A DNA stretch of 64,000 nt from an uncultured candidate division Zixibacteria bacterium (GTDB lineage: Bacteria; Zixibacteria; MSB-5A5; GN15; FEB-12), in assembly GCA_963806185.1 (NCBI GenBank), contig CAWDXE010000001.1, positions 608,001 to 672,000 of the forward strand, written 5' to 3'. Both the position numbers and the translations under genes were made by a program. Positions 1 through 11,926 of the stretch are shown in pieces. The notes under the pieces are model-generated. The model was not told the DNA's origin and did no database searches. It was given only the letters and a program-made list of their open reading frames with translations. Numbering within the stretch: the first letter of the stretch is position 1; each line of letters opens with the position of its first letter.

Positions 1-365
1 GGCCATAACGCGTAGGCCAGCGCCGGCACGACTGCCCAATCAACCAAGCGAAGGCGCAACGCGAAGAGATAGACTATGACGGCCGTTACGCCTGAAGCGA
101 CTACGGATATCATGACCGCCAGCGTTGGGATCGGAATCGAGGTCAATGAGAGAGCGGACAGCAGGAAAGTGAACAGCGGTGTCGACGTCCCCAGCACCCG
201 CTCACCGGAATTGTAAACGAAGCCGAGGCCGTGAGCGATATTCGAGGCGTAGCGAAAGGTGATGAAAGCGTCATCGGCGAGAAATAAGGTCCAATAGTGA
301 AAGCCGAATCGGGCGACGACGGCAATGAGAAAGACCAGCATAACCGTTCGGTCGCGCTGCGTCAC
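1..365 (-). CDS. GT-C-type membrane glycosyltransferase (AftB-like), 3' end outside the window
   Basis: Manual translation from GTG at 365 gives DDAFITFRYASNIAHGLGFVYNSGERVLGTSTPLF followed by hydrophobic segments. Not in the ORF track because it runs off the edge. Confidence 0.7.
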   Translation of the reverse strand, partial: MTQRDRTVMLVFLIAVVARFGFHYWTLFLADDAFITFRYASNIAHGLGFVYNSGERVLGTSTPLFTFLLSALSLTSIPIPTLAVMISVVASGVTAVIVYLFALRLRLVDWAVVPALAYALW

Positions 366-368
366 ACG

Positions 369-557
369 TTACCCCGCGTCTTCCACGTAAACATCAAGAT
401 CGAATTCGTTGGAATGATCGTTGTACCTCGCCCGGATGACATTGGGGCGGCAGCACACCGCACAGTCCTGAACCATTTCCTGCTTGTCCCCTTCACTCGG
501 ATCGAGCAGGATGTCGTTTTCCTCGCCGCAGCAGGCGCACATGAATATCTGGTCCAT
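369..557 (-). CDS. Small cysteine-rich protein (CPXCG-motif family)
   Basis: MDQIFMCACCGEEN...QDCAVCCRP, two Cys clusters. Start trimmed to the ATG at 557. Confidence 0.7.
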   Translation of the reverse strand: MDQIFMCACCGEENDILLDPSEGDKQEMVQDCAVCCRPNVIRARYNDHSNEFDLDVYVEDAG

Positions 558-693
558 GTCCGAAAGGTAGACGATGCAGTTTTTCCTGTCAATCGACGAT
601 GTACATTTGGCTGCTGTTTGCGGGTGAATATACACTCAAAGAAAGAGCCGGCACCGGCCGGCTCTCGAATAGTATGCGTAGATGATTGCGAGC

Positions 694-1014
694 TTAGTGC
701 CGATCTCGACCACCACCGCCCGAACGGAATCCGCCGCCGCGACCGCCACCGCCGCCGCCTCGCGAATCCATTTCCCGCGGGCGAGCTTCGTTGACTTTCA
801 GCGCCCGGCCCTTGACGTCCGCTCCGTTGAGCCCGTCAATCGCGGCCTGACCCTCTTCGTTGGACGCCATCTCGACAAAGCCGAAGCCGCGGGATTCGCC
901 CGAGAGCTTGTCTTTGATGATCGTTACTTTCTGCACTTCGCCGTACTGACCAAAGGCTGCGCGCAGATCCTCTTCTGTTGCCCCGTAGGCAAGGTTGCCG
1001 ACGTAGATGTTCAT
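694..1014 (-). CDS. RRM RNA-binding protein with Gly/Arg-rich tail
   Basis: RNP2 IYVGNL, RNP1 RGFGFVEM, LKVNEARPRE, Gly-rich tail. Confidence 0.95.
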   Translation of the reverse strand: MNIYVGNLAYGATEEDLRAAFGQYGEVQKVTIIKDKLSGESRGFGFVEMASNEEGQAAIDGLNGADVKGRALKVNEARPREMDSRGGGGGGRGGGFRSGGGGRDRH

Positions 1015-1414
1015 TCTTCCTCCTCGAAATACGCTTCACCTTCCAACAGACTATGCCCGAGCCCAGTCGGTACTGCGATCCTCACGAAACCATTTCCAGT
1101 CACTTAATTTGAAGAGTTATCTGGCGGAACAGAGGGGAACTGACGGTCCATACATTGGTCTATGGCACAGAGTTGCTGGCATATTAACTTCCACAGGAAT
1201 GTATCAATCGTCTCCCCTTTCGTCAACACAAAATATTCCCTTGAGGACTCCGACATCACCTCTTGAGTCTGATCGAATCTGCCGCAAGGCCAGGAAACCT
1301 TGTTCAAGATTATCGGGACGGCTTGTGAATATCGGCACATGTATCGAGCTGCCCAGCCAATTTTAACGCTTGCCCGCCAGTGACATCGCACCTACCTTTT
1401 CGCCAGAAGAATAG

Positions 1415-2737
<1,323 letters not shown>

Positions 2738-2760
2738 AATTCTCCTCTGAGATGTAAAGA

Positions 2761-2795
2761 AGGCTGGTGCGGTTGTCGCACCAGCCTTTGCTTTT
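2761..2795 (+). terminator. Intrinsic terminator between convergent eno and menE
   Basis: AGGCTGGTGCG-gttgt-CGCACCAGCCT followed by TTGCTTTT. Confidence 0.8.
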
Positions 2796-2824
2796 GCGCC
2801 GGGCGACGTCGAGATATCACATTG

Positions 2825-4234
2825 TCAGTCCGAAGCCACCAGTGCGGCCAGCCGCTTTCGATCAACTTTCATCCCCGCCTCTCCGGGCGGCCAGGTGTAG
2901 AAATAGTCGGGAATCTTGAATCGCGGCAAATGACGTTCAAGATGCATGACCGCCAGCCGCTCATCGATAGAACGGCCGTCGAGGGTCCGCACAAAAGCCG
3001 CCGGACGGAATCCAAACTCCGCGTCGGCTACCGGTACCACCACTGCATCCATGACAAAATCCAATTGAGTGAGCAGGCGTTCTATTTCTTCCGGCTGGAT
3101 GTTTTCGCCACCGGAAATGAACATGTTGTCCTTGCGCCCATGCACGCGCAGGTACCCATCTTCGTCGACTTCTCCCAGATCACCCGTGTGATACCAGCCG
3201 TCGGCGTCAAACGGCTTCACCGTATTCGGTCCATCGACGTATGCGATGAACCGGGTCTTGCCGCGTACGAGAATCTCGTGGTCCGCCGCAATTTCCATCT
3301 GATGCTCTGTCAGCACCCTACCGGAAGTCAAAAGGCGTTCGAGTGTATCACCCTTGCCGGTCGTGGCGACCTGCGAACTCATTTCCGTCATTCCATAACT
3401 CGTGTACAATGGCAAGCCCAACGCATGACCGGAACGAATCAGAAACCCCGGCATGGCGCTGCCGCCAAGAAGCACCGCCTTCAAGTTGTGCTGAATACCC
3501 ACGCCGATCGCCTCGATGAAGCGTATGAACTGAGCCGACACGAGCGATAGGTGGGTTACGTGGGAGCGTAAGGTGACTTCAACAAGATCGTTCATCCGCT
3601 GAGGGATAACGACCGCTCCTCCCCCCACAATCGAACGAAAGAGGATAGCCAGACCACCAACATGATAGAGCGGCAACGAGAGGAGCCAACGATCACCGGT
3701 CATGAATGGGATGTTTTCATTGGATCCGATGGCGTTGTAGTAATGATTGGCGTACGAGTGCAGGACGGCTCTCGGCCCGGCCGATGATCCACTCGTAAAC
3801 ATAATCGTAGCTGGGAGATCCGGATCGAGATAGGCCGGGGCGCCCGACCTTTCGGACGCCTCATCTATTGTCGGAAGTTTCACAATCTTGAAACTTACTT
3901 TCGGCGACTTACCGGAAACCTCCATTAGACAATCAGCACCGCATTGGGTGAGTGCCTGTTGGATCCCCTGCTCCGGAAGTCGAGGGCTTAGCAGGCAGGC
4001 CACCGCACCCAGACGAAGCAGGGCCATGATCGCAACGGTCAACTCGACACTGGCTGTGTCGCACAGAGCTACCCGCATTCCCCGAGCGATACCAATCGAA
4101 GTCAGCTGTTTTGACGTTGCCGAAACCAGGGCGTCGTACTGCCCCCAGGTATAGGTGCGATCGTGACTGAGCAACGCCGGCTCATTGGGAAAGTGTTCCG
4201 CCAATTGATTTATCGGGCAGCGAAGCCTAGTCAC
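2825..4234 (-). CDS. menE: o-succinylbenzoate-CoA ligase
   Basis: AMP-binding FTSGSSAGP, YGMTE, TGDLG, GRKDNMFISGGENIQPEEIE; men operon context. Confidence 0.92.
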   Translation of the reverse strand: MTRLRCPINQLAEHFPNEPALLSHDRTYTWGQYDALVSATSKQLTSIGIARGMRVALCDTASVELTVAIMALLRLGAVACLLSPRLPEQGIQQALTQCGADCLMEVSGKSPKVSFKIVKLPTIDEASERSGAPAYLDPDLPATIMFTSGSSAGPRAVLHSYANHYYNAIGSNENIPFMTGDRWLLSLPLYHVGGLAILFRSIVGGGAVVIPQRMNDLVEVTLRSHVTHLSLVSAQFIRFIEAIGVGIQHNLKAVLLGGSAMPGFLIRSGHALGLPLYTSYGMTEMSSQVATTGKGDTLERLLTSGRVLTEHQMEIAADHEILVRGKTRFIAYVDGPNTVKPFDADGWYHTGDLGEVDEDGYLRVHGRKDNMFISGGENIQPEEIERLLTQLDFVMDAVVVPVADAEFGFRPAAFVRTLDGRSIDERLAVMHLERHLPRFKIPDYFYTWPPGEAGMKVDRKRLAALVASD

Positions 4235-5321
4235 CGGCCACCTCGGTCAACGCCGACTTGTCGATGAGCATCGGCAGAGCCTCCGGCAGAACTAGAGAAA
4301 TGTTCGGCAGGTGCCTGTCCATGGGGAACGTGAGAAGGTTTCTTCCAAACCACCGTAATGTGTCCAGCCCGGCCGGAATATCGTCCTGATTGATCGCCGC
4401 ACTCAGATTTGCCAGACAATATATGCCGAGCGATGATTCTATGGCCGAACTGATGACGACTTTCATGTGCATCTGGCGAGCACGCTCCGCCATGGAAAGA
4501 CACTTGAGGATGCCGCCGAGCACCGTGGGCTTCAGAATAATGGCCCTCGCATTTGCATACTGCCCAAGGTCATTCGTGCCCATACCGGAGAGAGTCTCGT
4601 CGAGTGCCACCGGCACTGGAGAGGAGGCGGCAAACTGATCGAGGGCATCAGAGTATTCAAGCGGCTCTTCTATATACTCCACTCGCGCATCGGCCACGCC
4701 TTCGACGAACCGCATCGCTTCTTCATAATCCCAGGCCTGGTTGGCATCCAGCCGCAGGGCCGTCTCCGGACCTAATAGTTCGCGCAATTTGTGCACCAAC
4801 TGGATTTCAGTTTCGACCGGTATTCGCCCTACTTTCAGTTTCACCGCGCGATAGCCGGCATCGCGAAGAACGGCCGCCTGGGTGAGATTCTCGTCCGATT
4901 TTTCGGAGAGCAGACCATTGACGGTTACAGAATCGCGAGCGTCGAATCGCAACAATTTCGCCGCTGCAGTTCCAGTCGAATCGGCAGCCAGGTGGAGCCA
5001 TGCCATTTCAAAGCCGAAGCGCACCGAGGGGAGTTCAATTACCGAGAAGAGTGTGTCGGCCAGAATGGGATCATCGGATGGTGAAGGAAGCGAGATTCCG
5101 ACCAGCCTACCGGCCAAAGCCAATGACTCGACAACAGCGTCATCAATTGTCTCCCGGCTGAAACCATCAAGGGGGGCGATTTCACCCCATCCCTCGTGGC
5201 CGTCATTGGTAGATAGGCAGACAACCAGCCCCTCGCGCGCGACCAGCATCTGACGGCGCATGTGAAGGGTCTGCGCCAGCGGGAGTGAATACCGATATAC
5301 GCGCACTCCGGATATCTTCAC
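4227..5321 (-). CDS. menC: o-succinylbenzoate synthase
   Basis: GEIAPL, KLKVG, LRLDAN, YIEEP, ALDET. GTG start overlaps the menA stop (GTGA). Confidence 0.9.
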   Translation of the reverse strand: MKISGVRVYRYSLPLAQTLHMRRQMLVAREGLVVCLSTNDGHEGWGEIAPLDGFSRETIDDAVVESLALAGRLVGISLPSPSDDPILADTLFSVIELPSVRFGFEMAWLHLAADSTGTAAAKLLRFDARDSVTVNGLLSEKSDENLTQAAVLRDAGYRAVKLKVGRIPVETEIQLVHKLRELLGPETALRLDANQAWDYEEAMRFVEGVADARVEYIEEPLEYSDALDQFAASSPVPVALDETLSGMGTNDLGQYANARAIILKPTVLGGILKCLSMAERARQMHMKVVISSAIESSLGIYCLANLSAAINQDDIPAGLDTLRWFGRNLLTFPMDRHLPNISLVLPEALPMLIDKSALTEVAGD

Positions 5322-6202
5322 AATACCCATCCTACGCTGAACAGGAGCGCGTAAAGAATCAACAGTCGCCCGGTACCGGCCAGTGCTGAGTTGAGCGACG
5401 GACCATCGGTCTGGGTGAAGACGGTGCGAATGGTCGGAATGGCCATGATGGGCATGATAAGGACAAGCAACAGGTACCCGCTCTGTCTGACAGTGAAGAA
5501 CAACACCACCGGGAGTCCGGCGGCGATCAAAAGCGAAGATAGGTATTCGATTCTTGCGAACGCTCGGCCAAATCGTGCGGCGAGCGTCCTCTTCCCGGCT
5601 TTCCGGTCGCCATCGATATCGCGAAGATTGTTGACCGTCAAGACTCCGACCGACATCAAGCCGGGCGAGAAACCCGCGAGAATCACCGGCCAGGTAATCT
5701 GCAGCGCCTGCACGTAGTACGTCCCTCCCACCGCCACCGGTCCAAAGAAGATCAATACGAAGACGTCACCCAGCCCGTTGTAGCCAAGTGGGTAGGGACC
5801 TGCGGTGTAAAGCACACCGAATAAGACAGAGCACACACCGATCATAACCACGGGCCATCCGCCGCGAGACACCAGGTAGAGTCCGATCAGGAAAGCGGCG
5901 GCAAACACGACAATTGTGGCTCGCTTCATTGTCTCTGCCGGGACCAATCCTGCCTGAGTCACCCGCACGGGACCGAGTCGATCGGCTGTGTCGGTTCCCC
6001 TGGCATGATCGGAATAGTCATTTGTGAAATTGGTACCGATCTGGATGAAAAGCGCCCCCAACAGCGCCGCGAATGCCGACAACCAATGAAACGCACCATC
6101 GGCAAATGCCATGCCCGTACCGATGATCACCGGGGCGATCGCCGCCGGAAGCGTTTTGGGGCGAATGGCCAGCAGCCAGACGGACAGTGGTGGGTGAGCC
6201 AT
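5318..6202 (-). CDS. menA: DHNA polyprenyltransferase
   Basis: AIRPKTL, NFTNDYSD, NNLRDIDGDRKAGKRTLA; multi-TM. Confidence 0.93.
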   Translation of the reverse strand: MAHPPLSVWLLAIRPKTLPAAIAPVIIGTGMAFADGAFHWLSAFAALLGALFIQIGTNFTNDYSDHARGTDTADRLGPVRVTQAGLVPAETMKRATIVVFAAAFLIGLYLVSRGGWPVVMIGVCSVLFGVLYTAGPYPLGYNGLGDVFVLIFFGPVAVGGTYYVQALQITWPVILAGFSPGLMSVGVLTVNNLRDIDGDRKAGKRTLAARFGRAFARIEYLSSLLIAAGLPVVLFFTVRQSGYLLLVLIMPIMAIPTIRTVFTQTDGPSLNSALAGTGRLLILYALLFSVGWVL

Positions 6203-6209
6203 AGCAGTG

Positions 6210-7031
6210 CTAGGGACGGCGGGGAAATTTTCCGAAATTCGGTTTCCGCTTTTCGTTGTAGGCGTTGCGTCCCTCCTGCCCTTCCTCACTCATGTAGAAA
6301 AGCATGGTCGCATTGCCGGCCAATTCCTGCAAACCAGCCTGACCGTCGCAATCAGCGTTGAGCGCCGCCTTCAGGCAACGAATCGCGATCGGGGAGTTCG
6401 CCAGAATCTCGCGACACCACTGCACGGTTTCGTCTTCGAGACGATCGAACGGCACGACCGCGTTGACCAGTCCCATGTCGAGCGCCTGTTGGGCATTGTA
6501 CTGGCGACAGAGAAACCAAATCTCGCGCGCTTTCTTCTGTCCAACCATCCGGGCCATATAACTTGAGCCGTAGCCGCCGTCAAACGAACCGACCTTCGGA
6601 CCGGTTTGTCCGAAGATTGCATTGTCGGCAGCAATAGTCAGATCGCACATGACATGAAGGACGTGACCACCGCCGATCGCATATCCGGCCACCATCGCAA
6701 TGATCGGTTTCGGGCAGGTGCGCATCTGACGTTGGAAATCAAGCACGTTCAGCCGATGGACGCCTTTGTCGTCACGATACCCGGCGTCGCCGCGAATACG
6801 CTGATCGCCACCGGAGCAGAACGCCTTGTCACCTGCCCCGGTGAGAATGATGACACCGATCGATTCGTCGTGGCGCGCATCTTCCAGCGCCTGTGACATC
6901 TGATCCACCGTTTGCGGCCGAAAAGCGTTGCGCACTTCGGGACGATTAATCGTGATCTTGGCGATCCCCTCTCCCTTGTGGTACAGAATATCCGTAAAGG
7001 TACCGACCGCCTGCCAGACTATCGTTGCCAT
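6210..7031 (-). CDS. menB: DHNA-CoA (naphthoate) synthase
   Basis: [36 protein letters not shown]. Confidence 0.97.
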   Translation of the reverse strand: MATIVWQAVGTFTDILYHKGEGIAKITINRPEVRNAFRPQTVDQMSQALEDARHDESIGVIILTGAGDKAFCSGGDQRIRGDAGYRDDKGVHRLNVLDFQRQMRTCPKPIIAMVAGYAIGGGHVLHVMCDLTIAADNAIFGQTGPKVGSFDGGYGSSYMARMVGQKKAREIWFLCRQYNAQQALDMGLVNAVVPFDRLEDETVQWCREILANSPIAIRCLKAALNADCDGQAGLQELAGNATMLFYMSEEGQEGRNAYNEKRKPNFGKFPRRP

Positions 7032-7038
7032 GATTCGA

Positions 7039-7797
7039 TTATCCCTCAGCGAGAAAAACGTTCAGTTGTTCGGCCACGGCCCACGGCTGTTCCAGATGAA
7101 CCGCATGGCCCGCCTGTGCAATGATACACGGTTTGCCGTTTGGGCACAAGTCGGCCATGCGACGGGCAAGAGAGGCGTACTTTGAGTCCATCTCACCGGC
7201 AATGAAGAGTGCCGGCACGGTCAGACTCCTCAATTCTTCCCAGAGCGATGGTTGGCGCCCCGCCGAAAGTGATTTCAAAGCCTTGGCCAGCGACCGCGAA
7301 CTACCCTTGCCGCGCCGTTCGATCACTTTGGCGAGGAGTTCGGGCCTCGCTTTCAGCGACGCAAACAGCGGCTGACCGTACCAGTCATCCAAAAATGTCG
7401 GCAGACCTTCCGCCTCAAGCTTCATAGCGAGAGAATCGTCATTGCGTGCGCGTTCCGTTCGCTCGATTTCGGACTCAAGTCCCGGCGAGGCTGATATCAG
7501 GGCCAGTCGCTCCACAAATTGCGGATACCGAGTCGCCAAATAGAGGGCGATGCGGCCGCCCATAGAATAGCCGACCAGAGAGAAGCGACGGACGCCCATG
7601 GCGGCCACACTCTCCACAATGAGGAGCGAGCAACCATCAAATGAGAAGGCATTGGCCCCCACGTGGCTTTCACCATGCCCGGGAAGGTCTACCCCCAGCT
7701 TCATCAGGGTGCTGCCGAGTTTATCGGCGACCATTTTCCAGTCATCCTTGGCGCCGAGAAATCCATGAAGGAACACAACGGGACTAAGGTCACTCAT
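7039..7797 (-). CDS. menH: SHCHC synthase (alpha/beta hydrolase)
   Basis: [22 protein letters not shown]; men operon context. Confidence 0.9.
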   Translation of the reverse strand: MSDLSPVVFLHGFLGAKDDWKMVADKLGSTLMKLGVDLPGHGESHVGANAFSFDGCSLLIVESVAAMGVRRFSLVGYSMGGRIALYLATRYPQFVERLALISASPGLESEIERTERARNDDSLAMKLEAEGLPTFLDDWYGQPLFASLKARPELLAKVIERRGKGSSRSLAKALKSLSAGRQPSLWEELRSLTVPALFIAGEMDSKYASLARRMADLCPNGKPCIIAQAGHAVHLEQPWAVAEQLNVFLAEG

Positions 7798-7829
7798 ACT
7801 AGCATTACTCGATGGTCCCCACTGAATCG

Positions 7830-9581
7830 TCAGGAAGCTTCGAGGGCCGTTCGCACTGACGCAAGAAGCTGTTGCCTGAACGCGGCGTCGGCGTGACGAT
7901 CAATGGGCAACTCGATGATCGCGGATCCGTTGCCCGCGGCTCGGTGATAGCTGTTTTCGAACGCCTGCATGTTCGACGGTGAATAGTAAGCAATCCCGAA
8001 TTGCTTTGCCGCCTGAGCAAAGGCTAGTCCGTGCGGCGCGATGAAGTAGGTCTCCAGTCGGTCGAAGGATTCCGCGATTGGCAGAAGTCCGAATATCGCC
8101 CCGCCATTATTGTTGAGCAACACAATCGTGACCGGAACTGTGGCTCGACGCACCAGGTCGAGAGAGTTCAGATCGTTAAGGAGGGCAAGGTCGCCCAGCA
8201 GCAAGGTCAGCGGACGCTTGCTCCCTTCAGCAAAGCCGACCGCCGAGGCAATGGTACCATCGATGCCGCTCGCACCCCGATTAGCCGCAACAACCACTGT
8301 ATGACCGTCCGATGCCGCGAAAGAATCCATATTGCGGATCGATAGACTACTGCCGAGAAACAGGGCGCTTTCGGAGAGGAGCAGGCGGGACAAGCGGTGG
8401 GCAATGGCCGGTTCCGAAAGCATGTCGCCGGATAAGTTAGTATTGAGCACGTTGGTGACAGACTTGTTGGCGCGCTGCCACCTGCCCAGGTAGTCCGACC
8501 CTCCGGGATCTACGATGTCCGGGAGTTCATGGCAGAATTCGGCCACCGAACATTTGATGCGATGTGTGACCCGGTGGGTCGGATCGTGGCGGCATGGGCT
8601 GTCCATCACACGAACAATGGCAGTTGATCCGTGGCCATACCGATTGAGCAGCCGCTTGGAAACCACCTGATCACCAAGATGCAAAACCACATCCGGCTGG
8701 AGAGTATCAAGCAGCTGATCGGACGAAAGAATCAGGTCTGCGCAAGAAATATACGAGTCGCTGTCGGATCCCAGCCGCAGTTGGGACTGAATGTCGGGCA
8801 GGACCGGCCAGCGCAGTCGTCGAGCCAACTCCTGCACCGCCGCTGCGTCGTCCTCGGAGGCAAGTCTGCCGGTGACAATTACCCCGCGCGAGGCTGAAGT
8901 GAGAAGGTCCTTTACGGTGCCCAGTTGCGGCGACGACACGGCTCTCACTGCGCCCGTATACTGTGTGAACGGCTCATGATTGCTTCGCCACCGTTCGAGT
9001 GGAGATAGATACGCGTCGTAGTCTTTTCCGTCTTGAACCGGAGCGAGCGGTTCGCGAAACATGCAATTCAGATGAACGGGACCGGCAGGCGAATGCGTCG
9101 CGCGAAATGCTGCGTGATCCACCGTGGTCAGCACCATCGCCGGGTCGATATCCGTCGTCGGACAGGGCATATCGAACTGCCACCGCACGTATTGACCGAA
9201 GAGGCCCGGTTGGATGATCGTCTGATTGGCGCCCGTATCACGCAATTCCGGCGGGCGATCGGCGGTCAGGATGACGAGTGGAATGCGGTCCTGCGACGCC
9301 TCGATGACCGCCGGCAGGTAGTTGGCCACTGCTGTGCCAGAAGTGCAGATGAGGGCAGTAGGCTGGTGATTTGCACGCGCGTGCCCCAGGGCAAAGTATG
9401 CCGCCCCTCGTTCGTCGAAATGCACGACGTTCCCAATACCCTCCTGCCGGACGGCCGCGACCACCAGCGGCGCGGATCGCGAACCAGGAGAGATGACTAT
9501 CATCCTCACTCCGAGGCGTGATAGTTCTTCCATGATCAAACTCGACCAGAGTGAGTTCAGATTTTTGGTATCGACAGTCAT
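7830..9581 (-). CDS. menD: SEPHCHC synthase
   Basis: SPGSRSAPL, DERGAAYFALG, TSGTAVAN, NRGASGIDG, NNNGGAIF. Start trimmed to overlap the menF stop. Confidence 0.95.
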   Translation of the reverse strand: MTVDTKNLNSLWSSLIMEELSRLGVRMIVISPGSRSAPLVVAAVRQEGIGNVVHFDERGAAYFALGHARANHQPTALICTSGTAVANYLPAVIEASQDRIPLVILTADRPPELRDTGANQTIIQPGLFGQYVRWQFDMPCPTTDIDPAMVLTTVDHAAFRATHSPAGPVHLNCMFREPLAPVQDGKDYDAYLSPLERWRSNHEPFTQYTGAVRAVSSPQLGTVKDLLTSASRGVIVTGRLASEDDAAAVQELARRLRWPVLPDIQSQLRLGSDSDSYISCADLILSSDQLLDTLQPDVVLHLGDQVVSKRLLNRYGHGSTAIVRVMDSPCRHDPTHRVTHRIKCSVAEFCHELPDIVDPGGSDYLGRWQRANKSVTNVLNTNLSGDMLSEPAIAHRLSRLLLSESALFLGSSLSIRNMDSFAASDGHTVVVAANRGASGIDGTIASAVGFAEGSKRPLTLLLGDLALLNDLNSLDLVRRATVPVTIVLLNNNGGAIFGLLPIAESFDRLETYFIAPHGLAFAQAAKQFGIAYYSPSNMQAFENSYHRAAGNGSAIIELPIDRHADAAFRQQLLASVRTALEAS

Positions 9582-10984
9582 GACAGGCCAAGCGTGCTCA
9601 AAAGTCCGGCGCTTTTCTGTTCGATCTCGCGCCATTCGCCTTCGATAGTCGAACCCGCGACTATTCCGGCCCCGGCGAAAAGGGACAAGCGATTTCCGTG
9701 GATCAGACCCGAGCGGATACCCACCGCAAACTCCGACGAATACGGACCAATCCAGCCGATTGGGCCGGAATACCAGCCGCGATCAAACGGTTCGAGAGTA
9801 CCAATGAGCTCGAGCGCTTTCAATCGGGGTGTCCCACCGACGGCCGGTGTCGGGTGAAGCGCCTCGAGCACATCGCCATTCCTCATTCCTTCACGGAGTT
9901 TCCCGCTATACTGACAGCGCAAATGCTGTAATGTAGCCAGACTGAGTATCGACGCCTGACGATCGTGGGTGACATAGTCACATACACAAGACAGCGCACT
10001 CTCAACCGTAGCGCTGACATATTCAAACTCGCGTTGGTCTTTCGACGACTCCGTCAGCTCGACCCTCAACGCCAGGTCCTCCTGCTCGGTAGCACCGCGC
10101 GGGCGAGTGCCGGCGACAGCCTCGGATTCAACCACACCATTTCGCAACGCATACAATCGCTCCGGCGATGACCCAATGAAACAATTGTCGGGTGCAACCT
10201 GGATCGCCCAGAGGTAGCTGTCGGCAATTGTCTCGCCCCACCGTCGCATCAATGACCAGTGATCAATGGCGTCGGTGAACTCAAGCTCCATCCGGCGTGC
10301 CATGACAATCTTCTCAATCTGACCGGTTTCGATGGCGTCCATGGCCCCGGCCATCATTCGGCCCCAGACTTCGCGCGATGGTGAGAGCGAACGGCTGATC
10401 GCTCGCAACGAACCCTCCGGCTCACGGTCGACGTCAAAGCGAAGCTCCTGCAACTGATCGAGGATCTCAAATCTCCGGTCGCGGTCGGTGCCGTCGGTCA
10501 AAAGATTGCAGACGAGCTGAGCATCCGTGCCGTCAGCAATGAGTTCGAATCTCGGAAGAAAAAACAGGCCGTTGCCAAAGGCCCCCCAACTACGGTCCCG
10601 TTCGCGCCCGGCGTAGGTCTGGTCGAAACGAATGCCGCCATACCAGCGAAGATCAGGATAGACGGGATTCAATTCCGAGTCCACGCACCGCAGGAAACCC
10701 CGGACGGATTCTCCGGCACCGAGTATTTTGGTAGCTGCCGCACCAACACCGGCCATTGATCGCCGACCCTCCCGATCGCGCCAGAAGATCTTCTCCCGCT
10801 GTATCTGTTCCCCTACCCAGACCAGCGGATCGAACGGTTCTATTGGGACAGAAAGGCGAACGCTGTGACTCGGCTGGCAGGATTCGGGGTGCTCCATGAC
10901 ATCGAAGGCGGATTGAATCAGACGTCCCAGTTGCGCGACCGCTTCCTCACACGCGAGTAATGATCTCGAGTCGACACTGCTCAC
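9578..10984 (-). CDS. menF: Isochorismate synthase
   Basis: KIVMAR, SSPERL, AVAGT, LHPTPAVGG, FAGAGIVAGS. Confidence 0.92.
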   Translation of the reverse strand: MSSVDSRSLLACEEAVAQLGRLIQSAFDVMEHPESCQPSHSVRLSVPIEPFDPLVWVGEQIQREKIFWRDREGRRSMAGVGAAATKILGAGESVRGFLRCVDSELNPVYPDLRWYGGIRFDQTYAGRERDRSWGAFGNGLFFLPRFELIADGTDAQLVCNLLTDGTDRDRRFEILDQLQELRFDVDREPEGSLRAISRSLSPSREVWGRMMAGAMDAIETGQIEKIVMARRMELEFTDAIDHWSLMRRWGETIADSYLWAIQVAPDNCFIGSSPERLYALRNGVVESEAVAGTRPRGATEQEDLALRVELTESSKDQREFEYVSATVESALSCVCDYVTHDRQASILSLATLQHLRCQYSGKLREGMRNGDVLEALHPTPAVGGTPRLKALELIGTLEPFDRGWYSGPIGWIGPYSSEFAVGIRSGLIHGNRLSLFAGAGIVAGSTIEGEWREIEQKSAGLLSTLGLS

Positions 10985-11724
10985 GACTTGTCTCCCTCAT
11001 ATATCGTGGCTATGCCGAACGTAAGGGGATGCGAAACAACGTTCGCAAAACCGGCGTCGCGCAAAAGACCGCAAAAGGCATCGCCGTAGGGAAATGTCTC
11101 CACGGTCCGGTTGAGATAGGCGTAAGCTTCCTTGTCGCCGGAAATGAGAGATCCCAAGCGCGGGAGAATGTGACGAAAATAGGCGAGATACGCTGCCCGG
11201 ATCACCGGATTCGCGGGAAGAGAAAACTCAAGAATCAACGTTCGGCCGCCCGGACACAGCACCCGATAAATCTCCCGCAAGGTACGCTGAACGTCGGTGA
11301 CATTGCGAATCCCGAAGGTCATCGAGGCTACATCATATGTATTCTTATCAAACGGCAATGTCTCAGCATCGCCACGCACAAGTGAAAGCGAACCGGACAA
11401 ACCGCGGTCGGTGATTTTACGACGACCGATTTCCAGCATTTCACCGGCCAGATCAATTCCCACGCCGCTTTTCAATCGTCCGCTGTCATACAGTGCCAGT
11501 AGTTGGTCGGCCGTACCACTGGCCAGATCCAGCGCCACAAGATTCGAGCGATCCGGTAGAAACGTGGCGAGTTTCCGACGCCAGGCTTTGTCCCGGTTGG
11601 CAGATAGAAAATGATTCAGAAAATCATAACGTTTCGCAATACGGTCGAACATCCCGGGCGCCTCAAGACGCGAGGGGTCACCGTTCGGTCGCGAACTCTC
11701 CTGAACCATACTCTTCATTGCCAC
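10981..11724 (-). CDS. menG: Demethylmenaquinone methyltransferase (UbiE/MenG)
   Basis: FDRIAKRYDFLN, LDLASGTAD, FGIRNV, LILEFS; first gene of the men operon. Confidence 0.9.
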   Translation of the reverse strand: MAMKSMVQESSRPNGDPSRLEAPGMFDRIAKRYDFLNHFLSANRDKAWRRKLATFLPDRSNLVALDLASGTADQLLALYDSGRLKSGVGIDLAGEMLEIGRRKITDRGLSGSLSLVRGDAETLPFDKNTYDVASMTFGIRNVTDVQRTLREIYRVLCPGGRTLILEFSLPANPVIRAAYLAYFRHILPRLGSLISGDKEAYAYLNRTVETFPYGDAFCGLLRDAGFANVVSHPLTFGIATIYEGDKS

Positions 11725-11926
11725 TTGCCCACTCGAACTTTCACCTGCAATTCGGTCAAATATACGCCACTACGGGCCGGTTGTACAGCCCCGCTAAGCG
11801 ATTTTGGGGCCGAGACTTACCGCTGCCGAATCAATCTCAACCACCAACCCGATCAGATTTTCGCGCAACAAACACCCGGCCCAGGCGTAATAGTAGTATG
11901 TTGTGCTACTACTATGGAGCAACTCG

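Noticed and set aside
2822..3550. 242-aa plus-strand ORF and many similar antisense ORFs
   Set aside because: Shadows of well-supported genes on the opposite strand, with no recognisable motifs.
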